DNA of 63,536 nt, the filler included, from Reclinomonas americana ATCC 50394 (taxonomy: Eukaryota), in assembly GCA_048213135.1 (NCBI GenBank). It is 8 parts of 5 records of this genome, joined end to end, with 100 filler letters (N's around TTAATTAATTAA, not from the genome) between each part and the next. Parts side by side here need not be neighbours in the genome. Positions count along the whole stretch, not along the records: positions 47,992 to 55,909 come from PS015679.1; positions 56,010 to 59,907 come from PS015679.1; positions 60,008 to 62,153 come from PS015680.1; 5 more parts are not named here. One strand, given 5' to 3'. Shown here one piece after another: positions 49,462 to 62,253 of the stretch (positions within the stretch are counted from its first letter, which is position 1; every line of letters begins with the position of its first letter). The notes beneath the pieces were generated by a model. The model searched no databases and was not told the DNA's origin. It worked only from the letters and a program-made list of their open reading frames with translations. The translations under genes were made by a program, and so were the position numbers.

Positions 49462-52400
49462 GTCTTGGCGCTCTTCTTCTTACTTTCTTTCTTCTCCTTC
49501 TTCGTTGTCGACGTCGGCGTCGTCGTTTTCTTTGTCGACTTGGACCGCCTCTTCCCTTTTGGCTTCCTCCGATGCCGCAAGTGGTGCACGAGGAAGGCCG
49601 CCGACACCTCGTCCAGCGGCGTCTCCTTGAGCACGTCGCGCGACAGCGCCTCGTTCACGTCGCCCTCGTTCCACGCGTCGTGCACATCGTCAAAGAGCAA
49701 GTCGCCGACGTAGTCGTCGCGCCACTTGCAGCCGAACTCGGGCAAGTCGCGCACCAACTCCTCGTACGTTTCCACTTCCGCGTCCACGTCGTCCGGCAGC
49801 ATCGGCACGTCGGCCAGGTCGCGCGAGTCGCCCACAGCGCGCAGGGGTGGGAAGGCGCGGGCGAGGGTGTGGAGCAGTTTGGCGCGCGCGGAGGTGTTGT
49901 TGGCGGCGACGGAGAGGTCGTTGAGGAAGCGGTCGCTGGTGAGGATGAAGAAGGGCGGGCGGTGGGAGGGGGAGGACTGCGCAAAGAAGGGAAATGGGAA
50001 AGGGTGAGGGTGAGGGGGAAAGGGGAACGAGAGGGGAAGTAGATGAAGAGGTAGAGAATAAGGGGAAAGCAAAAATAGAAGGGGAGGGGGGAGGAGATAA
50101 AAGGGCATGGAATTGGGGATCACAGCGAATGGAACGAGCAACAAAAGAGAAGAGGTGAAGAAAATTGAAGAATAATGGGAAACGGAATGACTGAAGCAGA
50201 AGCATGGAGGGGTGTTGGAGGGCAAGATGTGGGTGGTCGCAGGAGATGAAACGGAAGAGAAAGAGAGAGAGGCACGGAGAAGACAAGAAACAAGAGGAGT
50301 CAGAAAGAGAAAGGGGATTCCGAAGACGATGAATACAAGAGACACACTTCTCATCAGCAAAGGCAAGTCCTTCTTCCCTGCCTCGGTCTCTTGCTGTGCA
50401 ATTTTGCATTATACCACTTACAAAGGACTCGGGTTGAGAATGAGAGCGAGACAAGGCAAACAAGAAGGAGAAGAGAAAGAACATAACTAAAGAGTCTTAA
50501 AGAGGTAGAGTGTGAGGCACAACGACGACGAGGCGCTTCCTATCCGCACAGCTGAAAAGAGAAGAGGGAGAGGACGAAGAGAGTGCCAGAGAGAAGCAGT
50601 GCTCTAAACTCGTCATTATCTTCTTCGAGGGTGGAAAGTAGAGAGCGAGAGGACCTCTGTGCACTCTTATCTCACTCCTCTAACCTTGTGACCATGAGCG
50701 AGAGAACTATAGGCAATCAAAAGTGTGGTCTTGCTCACACCACCATTCACAACCTTGCGTACAGATAGGACAGCGGCATGACAGATTTCCTCGACCCTGA
50801 AAGTGCAAGTACCGGGTCTCCTGTTCCTCTACTCTTCCTTTCTCGGAATGACAGATTTCCTCGACCCTGAAAGTGCAAGTACCGAGTCTCCTGTTCCTCT
50901 ACTCTTCCTTTCTCCAGACCCTTGTACACACGAGGGAGAGAGCCACAAGCAATGACAGTGCCTGCATCTGCCACTCTTCCAAGAGCAGCATGACAAAACT
51001 GACTCCCCACCCTCCACTCTTCACTCCACTCTTCCCTCCAATCTTCCCTCCACTCTTCCCTCCACTCTTCCCTCCACTCTTCCCTCCCTACCTGCACCTC
51101 CGGCTCCGCCCCCGTAAACCTCCAGCACCAACACACCAGCGCCACGCCGCGCGTCTGTCCCGGCCACCTGACATGCTTGATTGAGGCCAGCAGCAGGTCT
51201 GGCACGCAATGTAAGCCTTCTCTTCCAAGTGTGCAACAAGCAGCACCCCCCACACCGCAACTCTGCGAGCGATACAGTCGCGGATACAACTCCCGCAAGT
51301 GCTCCCGCACGCTGTGCACCACGCCGCGTGGTGGCTGCCGCACATCGGCGGCCTCCTCACGCTGCTCCTCCGCTTCCACGTGCTCCACCAGTGCCTCCAG
51401 CACGACTCGCTGGCAGACATGCGGGGCGACTTTGGCGCGCAGCGCACTGGCCATTTGATCACTGCGATTGACGGTGAGGGCCGATGAAGAAGGGCAGCAG
51501 TCGACGAGTGACGAACCACGCGCGTGGCTGCTTGAGGATCTCATCCAGATCGGCGCGTGACAAGCGCTGCAGTTGGAGCTTGACGTCGTCGACGCTCCAT
51601 TCGCTGTGCATCAGGTCTGCGAGGGAAAGAGGGGGAGAGGGGGGGAGAGGGGAAGAGGGGGAAAGGGGAGAGAGGGAAGAGGGGGAAAGGGTGAGTGGCG
51701 GGGAGGGAAAGAGGGACAAGGGGAGGAGGCAACAATGAGTGAGAGAGAGAGCGAGCGAGAGAGAGAGAGAGAGAGAGACAAACGCGGAAAAGACTAGACT
51801 ACAAGGAGAGAGAGGTGAAGAGATGGAAAGGAAGAAAAGCACCTCCAGAAAAACATAGAGATGTCACTGGCTGACAAGCATCCAAACGAAACAAAGCAGA
51901 AAGGCGAGAAAGAAGCAAGGCATTATCATGTTGTGCTTCAAATATGTGCTACCTGCAGCTCAGGTACATTACCAACAGCGCCAATGCTCGTCTGCGAAGA
52001 TCTCCATGCATTCCTTCTCTCCTTCTCACACACGTTTCCTCTTCTCTCCCATTCTCCCCCCTGCTCCCCCCTCCTTCCCTTTCCCCCTTCCCCCTTCCCT
52101 CCCTTCCCCTTTCCCCCCTTCCCCCCCCTCTCACGCACCTCTCGCCACCGCCGAAAAATCAGTCGTCGCCCGCGCCTCCCTGATCACACCCAACTCCGGC
52201 AACCGCCCACCCAACGCCAACCACATCTCCGGCGCAAACGCCGACACCGAGCCTCTCGTCCCCCTCTTCTCCTCCTCCGCCTCCGCCTCGTCGGCAAAGC
52301 GCCATTCCTGCGCAAAGGTGATTAGCAACACCCCCACCTCGTCCCAGCTCCACTGATTAACAATACGCACCCTTTTTATCACATCGCCCGCCGACGTGGC

Positions 52401-55400
52401 CTCAAAGGTCCACCATCGACCACTGCCATCCTTGTCGCCGCCGCCTTGCAAGACATCCATGCCCTCGACGGTCACCGGCCGCTGCCNNNNNNNNNNNNNN
52501 NNNNNNNNNNNNNNNNNNNNNNNNNNNNNNNNNNNNNNNNNNNNNNNNNNNNNNNNNNNNNNNNNNNNNNNNNNNNNNNNNNNNNNNNNNNNNNNNNNNN
52601 NNNNNNNNNNNNNNNNNNNNNNNNNNNNNNNNNNNNNNNNNNNNNNNNNNNNNNNNNNNNNNNNNNNNNNNNNNNNNNNNNNNNNNNNNNNNNNNNNNNN
52701 NNNNNNNNNNNNNNNNNNNNNNNNNNNNNNNNNNNNNNNNNNNNNNNNNNNNNNNNNNNNNNNNNNNNNNNNNNNNNNNNNNNNNNNNNNNNNNNNNNNN
52801 NNNNNNNNNNNNNNNNNNNNNNNNNNNNNNNNNNNNNNNNNNNNNNNNNNNNNNNNNNNNNNNNNNNNNNNNNNNNNNNNNNNNNNNNNNNNNNNNNNNN
52901 NNNNNNNNNNNNNNNNNNNNNNNNNNNNNNNNNNNNNNNNNNNNNNNNNNNNNNNNNNNNNNNNNNNNNNNNNNNNNNNNNNNNNNNNNNNNNNNNNNNN
53001 NNNNNNNNNNNNNNNNNNNNNNNNNNNNNNNNNNNNNNNNNNNNNNNNNNNNNNNNNNNNNNNNNNNNNNNNNNNNNGGGGAAAGGGGTAAGGGGGAAGG
53101 GGAAAAGGGGGAAGGGGAAAAGGGGGAAGGGGAAAAGGGGGAAGGGGAAAAGGGGGAAGGGGAAAAGGGGGAAGGGAGGTGAGGTGAAAAGGGAGGGGGA
53201 AGGATGGGCGAGAGAGGGGGGAGAGGGAGGACGAAAAAGGAAAGAAGGAAGAAGTGCGAGGGAGACATGCGAAGAGCAAGGAGAAACAAGCAATAGAAAG
53301 CGCACACGACACTTGAGAGAAAAACTGGAGAACGAGAGACAGCGAAAGGTCGACGGCATTGAGATGGAAGAGGCCAGTCGAGGAGAGGAAATCGACACAA
53401 AAATGACATGGGAAAGACGGGACGGAATGGGACGAGGGAAGGAGAGGGTGAGGCAAGGTGGGAATACATGAGGGGAATGAGAAGGAGGACAAGGGGAAGG
53501 GGGTGGAGTACGTGAATCGGAGAATGAGTGAGGGAGCGGAGAGAGACAGACAAGCGGGAATGCAAGGCGAGGAGAGACAAAGGAGAGAGAGAAACAAGAC
53601 AGAGTGATACGCTCAGGGAGAGCTCTACAGGAGGCAAGTCACGAAGGAGAGAGACAGATGACCGACAGGAGGAAGAGAACGAGGCAAGGAGAGATAAAAA
53701 GACACAGCATAGAGTGAACGGACCAGAGAGAGAAAGAGAGTCGAGAGCGAGAGGGAGGGAGGGAGAGAGCCACGACAGAGCAATGCGCGCAGGAAGCAAT
53801 CCAAGGAAGACGAGATACGAAAGATAGAGAACAACGAAGTTCAGATGAGACGGAAGAGAGAAGTAGACACAGAATAGAGTGAACAGACCAGAGAGAGAGA
53901 GAGAGANNNNNNNNNNNNNNNNNNNNNNNNNNNNNNNNNNNNNNNNNNNNNNNNNNNNNNNNNNNNNNNNNNNNNNNNNNNNNNNNNNNNNNNNNNNNNN
54001 NNNNNNNNNNNNNNNNNNNNNNNNNNNNNNNNNNNNNNNNNNNNNNNNNNNNNNNNNNNNNNNNNNNNNNNNNNNNNNNNNNNNNNNNNNNNNNNNNNNN
54101 NNNNNNNNNNNNNNNNNNNNNNNNNNNNNNNNNNNNNNNNNNNNNNNNNNNNNNNNNNNNNNNNNNNNNNNNNNNNNNNNNNNNNNNNNNNNNNNNNNNN
54201 NNNNNNNNNNNNNNNNNNNNNNNNNNNNNNNNNNNNNNNNNNNNNNNNNNNNNNNNNNNNNNNNNNNNNNNNNNNNNNNNNNNNNNNNNNNNNNNNNNNN
54301 NNNNNNNNNNNNNNNNNNNNNNNNNNNNNNNNNNNNNNNNNNNNNNNNNNNNNNNNNNNNNNNNNNNNNNNNNNNNNNNNNNNNNNNNNNNNNNNNNNNN
54401 NNNNNNNNNNNNNNNNNNNNNNNNNNNNNNNNNNNNNNNNNNNNNNNNNNNNNNNNNNACATGGAGAAGAAAGAAAGAGAGAGAGAGTGTGTGTGTGTGT
54501 GGTGAGAGAGAGAGAGAAAGACAAAAAAACGAGAAAAGGTCAGACAAGAGGAGAGAGAAATAGACACAGAGAGTGAGAGAGAGAGAGTCGGGAGCGAGAC
54601 AGCGGAGAGCGAGAGACAGAGAAACAAGACAAAGTGGAGACATGTCATTTCGAGAAGACCCTTTACAAAAAACACGCACCTCTGATCCATCAGCACCACC
54701 GCCACCTCCGTGACCACAATAAACCGAAACTCGCGCGCCGCACCAGCCGGTACCATGGCCAGCACCGGCCCCGTGCTCAACACACGCGACGAGAACACAC
54801 CTTGACTTTGAAAACTCTACAATCACACAAGTCATCAACCAAGAAAGCACAAAAAGGAGAGAAATCAAGAAGGCGCAACTCTGAAATCAACCAGTGACAC
54901 ACCCGCCTCACCCGCCACCAACAAACTCAACGGCAGCGCGCCAAACGCACACGAGCAGCACGCCCTCAGCTCACTCTGCACACGCCACACCTCCTCGCCA
55001 TTCCACCACCACACCACCTCCCCCGTCGCCAACAGCACCGCCACCGCCCCCGTCCCACTCGCCGCATCCACCACAGTCGACTCGAGCGAGACATCCCACA
55101 GTAGTCGCCGTTTCATGCCGTTTTCATGCCATACACGTGCATGATGCAGTCCATACACAGTCAACATCCCATCGCCTGCAGCTACAATCCCACGGACGCG
55201 TTCGTGCTCCGGCACAGGCAATGACTCCACTGCGCGTCCACTGCGTGTGAGCAGCGATAAGGTGTGGTTATGGTCGGAGGCTGTGGCGATTAGGTGCTGC
55301 GTGAGTGCGGTCAGTGTGTTGTTGCGTGTGGAGGTGCGGTGTGAGGTGGCGAGGGTGTGAGAGGGAATGGCGAAGGTGTCGGAGGGGTTGAGGTGGTCGA

Positions 55401-55540
55401 CTCGGAAGGAGCGGTATGACTGTGTGAAGAGTGAGACAGGGGGAGAGTGAGTGTGTGAGTTGAGGGGGAGGGGTGGACGTGACTAGGTAGCGAGACTCGA
55501 GTGGGGGGCAGAGGAGGTCCACGTGGCTGGCGGTGAGGCG
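49176..55540 (-). CDS. Hypothetical multi-exon protein (possible N-terminal beta-propeller, helical middle, charged low-complexity tail); may be more than one gene
   Basis: Coding-like exons with GT-AG borders at about 55230-54680, 52486-52139, 51616-51170 and 49935-49359; family not recognised. Confidence 0.55.
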
Positions 55541-55836
55541 CTGTGTGGGGGAGAGTGAGAGAGGCAAAGAGAGAGAGAGAAGAAGAGTGAGCTGCAAAGA
55601 TGCACATGAATGCACAGAGAGAGAGAGAGAAGAGGCACTGATACACACTCTCTCACACACACACGCACACAAAGAAAGAAGAAAGAGCTGCACAGAGATA
55701 CCCTCACTCTCACTCTCTCACTCTCTCTCTCTTTCTCACTCTCTCTCTCTTTCTCTCACTCTCTCTCTCTCACACAGACTAGTGAGAGTGTGTACCTGCG
55801 CGGGTCCGCAAGGCTTTGCGTACATTGTGTGTGTGT

Positions 55837-55900
<64 letters not shown>

Positions 55901-55953
55901 TAGTAGTTANNNNNNNNNNNNNNNNNNNNNNNNNNNNNNNNNNNNNNNNNNNN

Positions 55954-55965
55954 TTAATTAATTAA
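55954..55965. other. Artificial scaffold linker
   Basis: TTAATTAATTAA in N padding. Confidence 0.95.
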
Positions 55966-56009
55966 NNNNNNNNNNNNNNNNNNNNNNNNNNNNNNNNNNN
56001 NNNNNNNNN

Positions 56010-56049
<40 letters not shown>

Positions 56050-56259
56050 GAAAGAGAAGAGAGAAGAGTGCGTGCGAACATGTTGGTGTCTGTTTTTTGT
56101 GTGTGGCCTTGTGAAGAAGTGTTGAGGTAAGAGACGAGACTGTGCATGCGAGAGAGTGAGAGAGGGGCGAAGGAAAGAGAAAGTGGGCACAATGAGATTC
56201 GACTTGCAACGCAAACACTCAATTGCAGAGGCAGGCATGTGCCTCTTTTCCTGTCCTTC

Positions 56260-56700
56260 CTTCCGTGCCTCCTTTTCACGCCTCTCACTTCTCTCTCTGC
56301 AGAGGAAAGCATTAGCGCAAGTGCAGCGAAGGTGTTCCCTCCTTCCTCGTCATCTCTCCCTCTCTGCAGAGAAAAGGTATGTGCGCAAGTGCAGCGAAGG
56401 TGCTCCCTCTCTCCCTATCCTTTTTCCGTGCCTCCTTTCTCATCTCTCACCTCGCTCTCTGCAGAGGAAAGTATGTACGCAAGTGCAGCGAAGGTGCTTC
56501 CACTCTCCGTCTCCTTCCTTCCGTGCCTCTCTTTCTCACCTCTCTCTCTGTGTAGACGACAGGATGTACGCAAGTGCCCTCTCCTTTCTTCCGTGCCTCT
56601 TTTTCTCACCTCTCTCTCTCTCTCTCTCTCTCTCTGCAGAGGAAAGTATGTACGCAAGTGCAGCAAAAGTGCTCCCTCTCTCCCTCTCCTTTCTTCCGTG
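56260..56700. repeat. Degenerate minisatellite (TCTCTGCAGAGGAAAGTATGTACGCAAGTGCAGCGAAGGTGCT)
   Basis: About 5 copies visible. Confidence 0.85.
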
Positions 56701-56835
56701 CCTGTCTCTCTCTGTCGCCCCCCCTCATCCCTTGTCTCTCTCTCTTCTCTCCTTTCTTTGCGTGCCTCCCGCTCTTCTTTCTTCACAATCGTTTTCTTTA
56801 CAGTGCTCTTCATCACCCTCTTTTTCGAGATCAAA

Positions 56836-57293
56836 TCATGGTGCCGAGGCGCCAGCGGCATCCCCCGACGAATCTGCAGTGGCGGTGGTGGTGGTGGTGG
56901 CAGCGGCGGCGGCGGCAGAGGCAGCGGCGGCGTCGGCGCTCTCACCCTTTTTGCCGCCGGGGGCGGATTTGACGGTGGCGCCACGTGCGCGGCCCTTCTT
57001 GGCGGGTTGTTGTTCTTCTTCTTTTTGTTGGCTGGCGATGCGGGGACTGTGGAGGGGAGGAAGGGGAGGGAGGAGGAGTGAGGGAAAGGAGAGGGGAGGA
57101 GGGGAAGTAAAGATTGAAGAGGAGCAGATGTGCGGAGAGCGAAAATGAGGTGAGAGAGAACAGGAAAGCGAGTGACTCGCGAGTGGCAGAGAAGTACGCA
57201 AGAAAGACAGAAGAGAAAGGACAGAGCAATGGAGAAGATAACGAGAGGATTGCGAGTGACAAGGGCACGAGAAGAAACACACTGATATACCTC

Positions 57294-57342
<49 letters not shown>

Positions 57343-59793
57343 GAGGACGACGAGAGACGCCACACAGATACGACCNNNNNNNNNNNNNNNNNNNNNNNNN
57401 NNNNNNNNNNNNNNNNNNNNNNNNNNNNNNNNNNNNNNNNNNNNNNNNNNNNNNNNNNNNNNNNNNNNNNNNNNNNNNNNNNNNNNNNNNNNNNNNNNNN
57501 NNNNNNNNNNNNNNNNNNNNNNNNNNNNNNNNNNNNNNNNNNNNNNNNNNNNNNNNNNNNNNNNNNNNNNNNNNNNNNNNNNNNNNNNNNNNNNNNNNNN
57601 NNNNNNNNNNNNNNNNNNNNNNNNNNNNNNNNNNNNNNNNNNNNNNNNNNNNNNNNNNNNNNNNNNNNNNNNNNNNNNNNNNNNNNNNNNNNNNNNNNNN
57701 NNNNNNNNNNNNNNNNNNNNNNNNNNNNNNNNNNNNNNNNNNNNNNNNNNNNNNNNNNNNNNNNNNNNNNNNNNNNNNNNNNNNNNNNNNNNNNNNNNNN
57801 NNNNNNNNNNNNNNNNNNNNNNNNNNNNNNNNNNNNNNNNNNNNNNNNNNNNNNNNNNNNNNNNNNNNNNNNNNNNNNNNNNNNNNNNNNNNNNNNNNNN
57901 NNNNNNNNNNNNNNNNNNNNNNNNNNNNNNNNNNNNNNNNNNNNNNNNNNNNNNNNNNNNNNNNNNNNNNNNNNNNNNNNNNNNNNNNNNNNNGGAAATA
58001 ATGCTTGTGAACGTGAAGGGTTGTCAGAGTCGTGAGTGACAAATACAGGCTGTCAGGAGGGAGGAAGAGAGGGCGAGAGACAGGGAGAGGAGCTGAACGG
58101 AGATCTCAGTCTGAAAAAGAATGAATGCAGGGCAGTTGAACAACAGGAAAGAGAAAGTCAGCTTGCAGCGCCGTTTGCGCAGCGCACCTTGACAGCAGCA
58201 GTGGACAGTCGGGTGCCACCGGCTGGAAGTCGTAAAAGATGGTGCACTCGAGTTTCTCCGGCATCTCGTCTGCAGAGGCGGCGGCGGTGAGGCAACAGTG
58301 TGATAAAATGTTTACGGACCAATCTCTCCCTCAATCCTCACAAAGGGCAGCAACCCCTGACCCTCAAGGCAAGACCCTCAACCCTCGGACGTAAACCCTT
58401 GTCCCTCTGTCTTCAACCCTCGATAGCAAGGATTGAAAGGCCAAAATATTTTACGGAAGGCCCACGGAAAGCAATAAACATAGATGTGCGTGTGACTTCT
58501 CCATCCAACCTCAACTCTTCCTTGATCGATTCCGCATCCTCCTCCAACCTCAACCCTGCGTGGTCTATGCCTCGTGTGCTTTCAGCCAAAGTGCGTGTTG
58601 TTGGTGAAGATGAGAAGTAGACAGAACCCTTGACCCTGAAGGAAAGACCCTCAACCCTTGAACCATGACCCTCGACCCTCTCGATTCAACCCTCGACATC
58701 AAGGGTTGAAAGCTCAAAATATTTTAGGGACGACCCACGAAAAGCGATAAAGATCGGTGTGCGCGTGTGCAATCAATGTCGCTCCACTCTTATCCCTTGG
58801 TCAGTGTGCAATCAGTGTCTTTCCTCCACCCTCTACCCTTGATCGATGTGTGCGTGTGATCAGTTTCTCTCTCCATCCCTCGACCGTTGATCGATGTGTG
58901 TGTGCAATCAGCGTCTCTCTCCGCCCTTGACCATTGATTGGTGTGTGCGTGCAATCAGTGTCTCTCCTCCACTCTCGACCCTTGATCGGTGCGTGTGTGC
59001 AATCAGTGTCTCTCTCCACCCCTTGACCCTTGATCGGTGTGTGCGTGCAATCAGCGTCTCTCTCCGCCCTTGACAATTGATTGGTGTGTGCCTGTGTGAT
59101 TAGCGTTTCTCTACACCCTCAACCCATGATCGGTGTATGCGTGTGTACGATCAATGTCTCTCCTCCTCCCTAAACCCTTGATCGATGTGTGTGTGTGATC
59201 ACCGTTTCTCGCCACCGCTTGACCCTTGACTGATGCGCGTGTGCAATCAGTGTCTCTCTCCACCCCTCGACCCTTAACCGGTGTGTGCGTGCGATCAGTG
59301 TCTCTCCCCCACCCTCTACCCTTGATCGGCGTGTGCGGTTGATAAGTGTCTCTCCTCCACCCTCACCCTTTATCGGTGTGTGCGTGTGATCACCGTCTCT
59401 CTCCACTCTCAACCCTTGCTCGTTGTGTGTGTGTGTGTGTGTGATCAGTGTCTCACTCCACCCTCAACCCTTGATCGTTGTACGTGTCTCCCTCCACCCT
59501 CTACCCTTGCTCGACGATAACTCTCCACATCTCTTCCCCTATTGCTCTCCCTTTCCCTCTCCCTTTCCCCCTTCCTCCCCCCTTCCCGACTCACCACCCG
59601 ACGACTGCTCGGAGAACTTGAAAATGTCCTCCAGCGTGCGCAAGTGATCCTTCAGCACGTTCTTCGGGTGCACCTGCGCCTTCCACAGCGTCATTTGGCC
59701 GACGGCGCCCGAGTGGTGTTGTGAGATGATTTCTTGCACGACGCGGAGGTTGGCGCTGACGGGGAGGAAGGCGTCAAAGTCGAGGAAGTGCCA
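56836..59793 (-). CDS. Hypothetical protein, partial (exon 59793-59595; probable last exon ~57046-56836)
   Basis: Exon WHFLDFDAFLPVSANLRVVQEIISQHHSGAVGQMTLWK.. flanked by CAG and GTGAGT; linkage to the low-complexity terminal exon is inferred. Confidence 0.5.
58755..59510 (-). repeat. ~48-50 bp intronic minisatellite, same family as 5470-5960
   Basis: Unit TGCAATCAGTGTCTCTCTCCACCCCTTGACCCTTGATCGGTGTGTGCG is the reverse complement of the NOP56 intron unit; about 15 copies. Confidence 0.9.
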
Positions 59794-59951
59794 CTGGGAA
59801 GGGTGGGTGAGGAAGGGTTAGGGAAAGTCGCAATCAGCTGAAGGTGACTCTCGCAGTTCTAAGATGTGTCCCTCGTTGTGCTGTTCACTCTCCCTGCCTT
59901 ACTCTGTNNNNNNNNNNNNNNNNNNNNNNNNNNNNNNNNNNNNNNNNNNNN

Positions 59952-59963
59952 TTAATTAATTAA
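59952..59963. other. Artificial scaffold linker
   Basis: TTAATTAATTAA in N padding. Confidence 0.95.
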
Positions 59964-60341
59964 NNNNNNNNNNNNNNNNNNNNNNNNNNNNNNNNNNNNN
60001 NNNNNNNCTCTCCTCTCTCCTCTCTCTCTCTCTCTCTCCTCTCCTCTCCTCTCCTCTCCTCTCCTCTCCTCTCCTCTCCTCTCCTCTCCTCTCCTCTCCT
60101 CTCCTCTCCTCTCCTCTCCTCTCCTCTCCTCTCCCTTTCTCCCCCCCCTCTCTCCCTCCCCCGTTCCTCTTTCTCCCCTATTCTCCCTCTCACCCCTTTC
60201 CCCTTCAGTCCCCTCCTCTGCCAGCGGCGTGGCATCGGCCTCCATCCACACTCACAGCTCATCCTTCAGCCTCCGTTGCGTTGCATTCTCAATGATCAAC
60301 ACGCTCCCCTCCCTCCTCCCTCCCTAACCCGTTCCTCACAG

Positions 60342-62153
60342 GCGCTGACCCTGCCGCCACCACCTGCACCGCCATCCCCCACGAGTCCAAGCGCATTTGG
60401 TGGTCCGTCGCCTCCAACGACAGCGGCACCAAGCTCGCGGCCGTGGTCGAGTTCGGTCGCATCTACACCTCCACCGACTCGGGCGCGACGTGGACGCCAC
60501 GCGAGTCGGAGCGCTACTGGGTCAGTGTGGCCTCCAGCAGCGACGGCACCAAGCTGGTGGCGTGCGTGTACTGTGGCGGTCAGATCTACACCTCCACCGA
60601 TTCCGGTGCGACGTGGACGGCACGCGCGTCGGTGCAGGCGTGGTCGGCGGTGGCCTCCAGCGCCGATGGCACCAAGTTGGTGGCTGCGGCTATGGGCGAC
60701 TCGATCTACACTTCCACTGACTCTGGTGCGACGTGGACGCCGCGTGACTCGCATCGTCAGTGGGTCGCCGTGGCCTCCAGCGCTGACGGTACAAAGTTGG
60801 TGGCGGCGGTGAGCGGTGGCGAGATCTACACCTCTTCCGATTCTGGGGCGACGTGGACGGCGCGGGATGCCAGTCGACCGTGGGTCGGTGTGGCCTCCAG
60901 CTCGGATGGCACCAAGCTGGTGGCCGTCACCCACGGTGGCCAGATCTACACCTCCACTGATTCCGGAGCGACGTGGACGGCTCGCGAGTCGGCGCGCTTG
61001 TGGCGGTCGGTGGCCTCCAGCAGCGACGGATCAAAGCTGGCGGCTGTGGTCGGCAACGACAAGATCTACACGTCGAGCAACTCGGGTGTGACGTGGACGG
61101 CGCGCGACTCGAATCGCAACTGGTTTGCGGTGGCCTCCAACGCCGACGGCAGCAAGCTGGTGGCGGGTGTGTACGACGGCCAGATCTACACGCTGGACGT
61201 CAGCACGTGCGCTCCGTGCTCGGGCCATGGCACGTTGAACAACGACGGTTCGTGCACGTGCTCGGGCGACTACGTGAACGCCAGCTGCAACTGCAGTCCG
61301 TCGGCCACCTGCTCGGGTCACGGAACGTGCCAGAGTGACGGATCGTGCCAGTGTGCCACCAACTATTACGGCGCGGCGTGCAGCGTGAACTGCGTGGCGG
61401 CGACGACGTGCTCGGGTAACGGAACGTGCAAGAGCGACGGCAAGTGCCAGTGCAGCGCCGGGTTCACCGGAGCGGCGTGCGGCACTGCAACGTCGAATGC
61501 AAACTGCGTGGCGGCCACGACGTGCTCCGGAAATGGAACGTGCAACGTCAACGGCACGTGCCAGTGCAACAACAACTATTACGGTGCGTCGTGCAATGTG
61601 AACTGCGTGGCGGCCACGACGTGCTCTGGACGCGGAACGTGCAGTTCCAGTGGAACGTGCAACTGCACCAGCCCGTGGAGTGGTGAGTGACATACAATTT
61701 GATCTTCCTCTCTCTCTCATCAAATATCGCCCCTGCGCCCATATGCTGACTCGATCGACAAATATAGGACCCTCGTGCTCGCTCTGCTCCGCTGCTGGTG
61801 ATGAAACTCTCGGATTTGTCGGCAGCTGGAAATCGGTGACCACCAGCAGCAACGGTGCCGTGATCGCGGCTGTAGGTCCATCAACTCAAGTCTACGTCTC
61901 CACTGACTCTGGGGCGACGTGGACGACTGGTGATGAGAGACGCAACTGGCGGGCAGTGGCCGCCAGCAGCAACGGCACCAAATTGGTGGCTGCTGCGGTT
62001 AACGGTGGTCAGATTTACACCTCCACAGACTCCGGTGTGACGTGGACAGCTCGTGGATCCTCTCTCGACTGGACTGGAGTGGCCTCCAGCAGTGACGGAA
62101 GCAAGCTGGTGGCGGTGGCAGACAGTGGTCGGATCTACACCTCCACTGACTCC
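60342..62153 (+). CDS. Extracellular protein: 7 x 40-aa Asp-box/BNR-like propeller repeats, ~5 EGF-like repeats, then further propeller repeats (exons 60342-61682 and 61768-gap)
   Basis: Repeat WTARxSxRxWxxVASSxDGTKLVAxxxGGQIYTSTDSG; Cys pattern CSGxGTCxxxGxCQCxxxYYGAxC; GT-AG intron in frame. Confidence 0.88.
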
Positions 62154-62197
62154 NNNNNNNNNNNNNNNNNNNNNNNNNNNNNNNNNNNNNNNNNNNN

Positions 62198-62209
62198 TTA
62201 ATTAATTAA
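62198..62209. other. Artificial scaffold linker
   Basis: TTAATTAATTAA in N padding. Confidence 0.95.
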
Positions 62210-62253
62210 NNNNNNNNNNNNNNNNNNNNNNNNNNNNNNNNNNNNNNNNNNNN

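Noticed and set aside
51459..51620. Apparent in-frame TGA suggesting an alternative genetic code
   Set aside because: Explained by a short GT-AG intron. Conserved genes end with TGA and their exons translate cleanly under the standard code.
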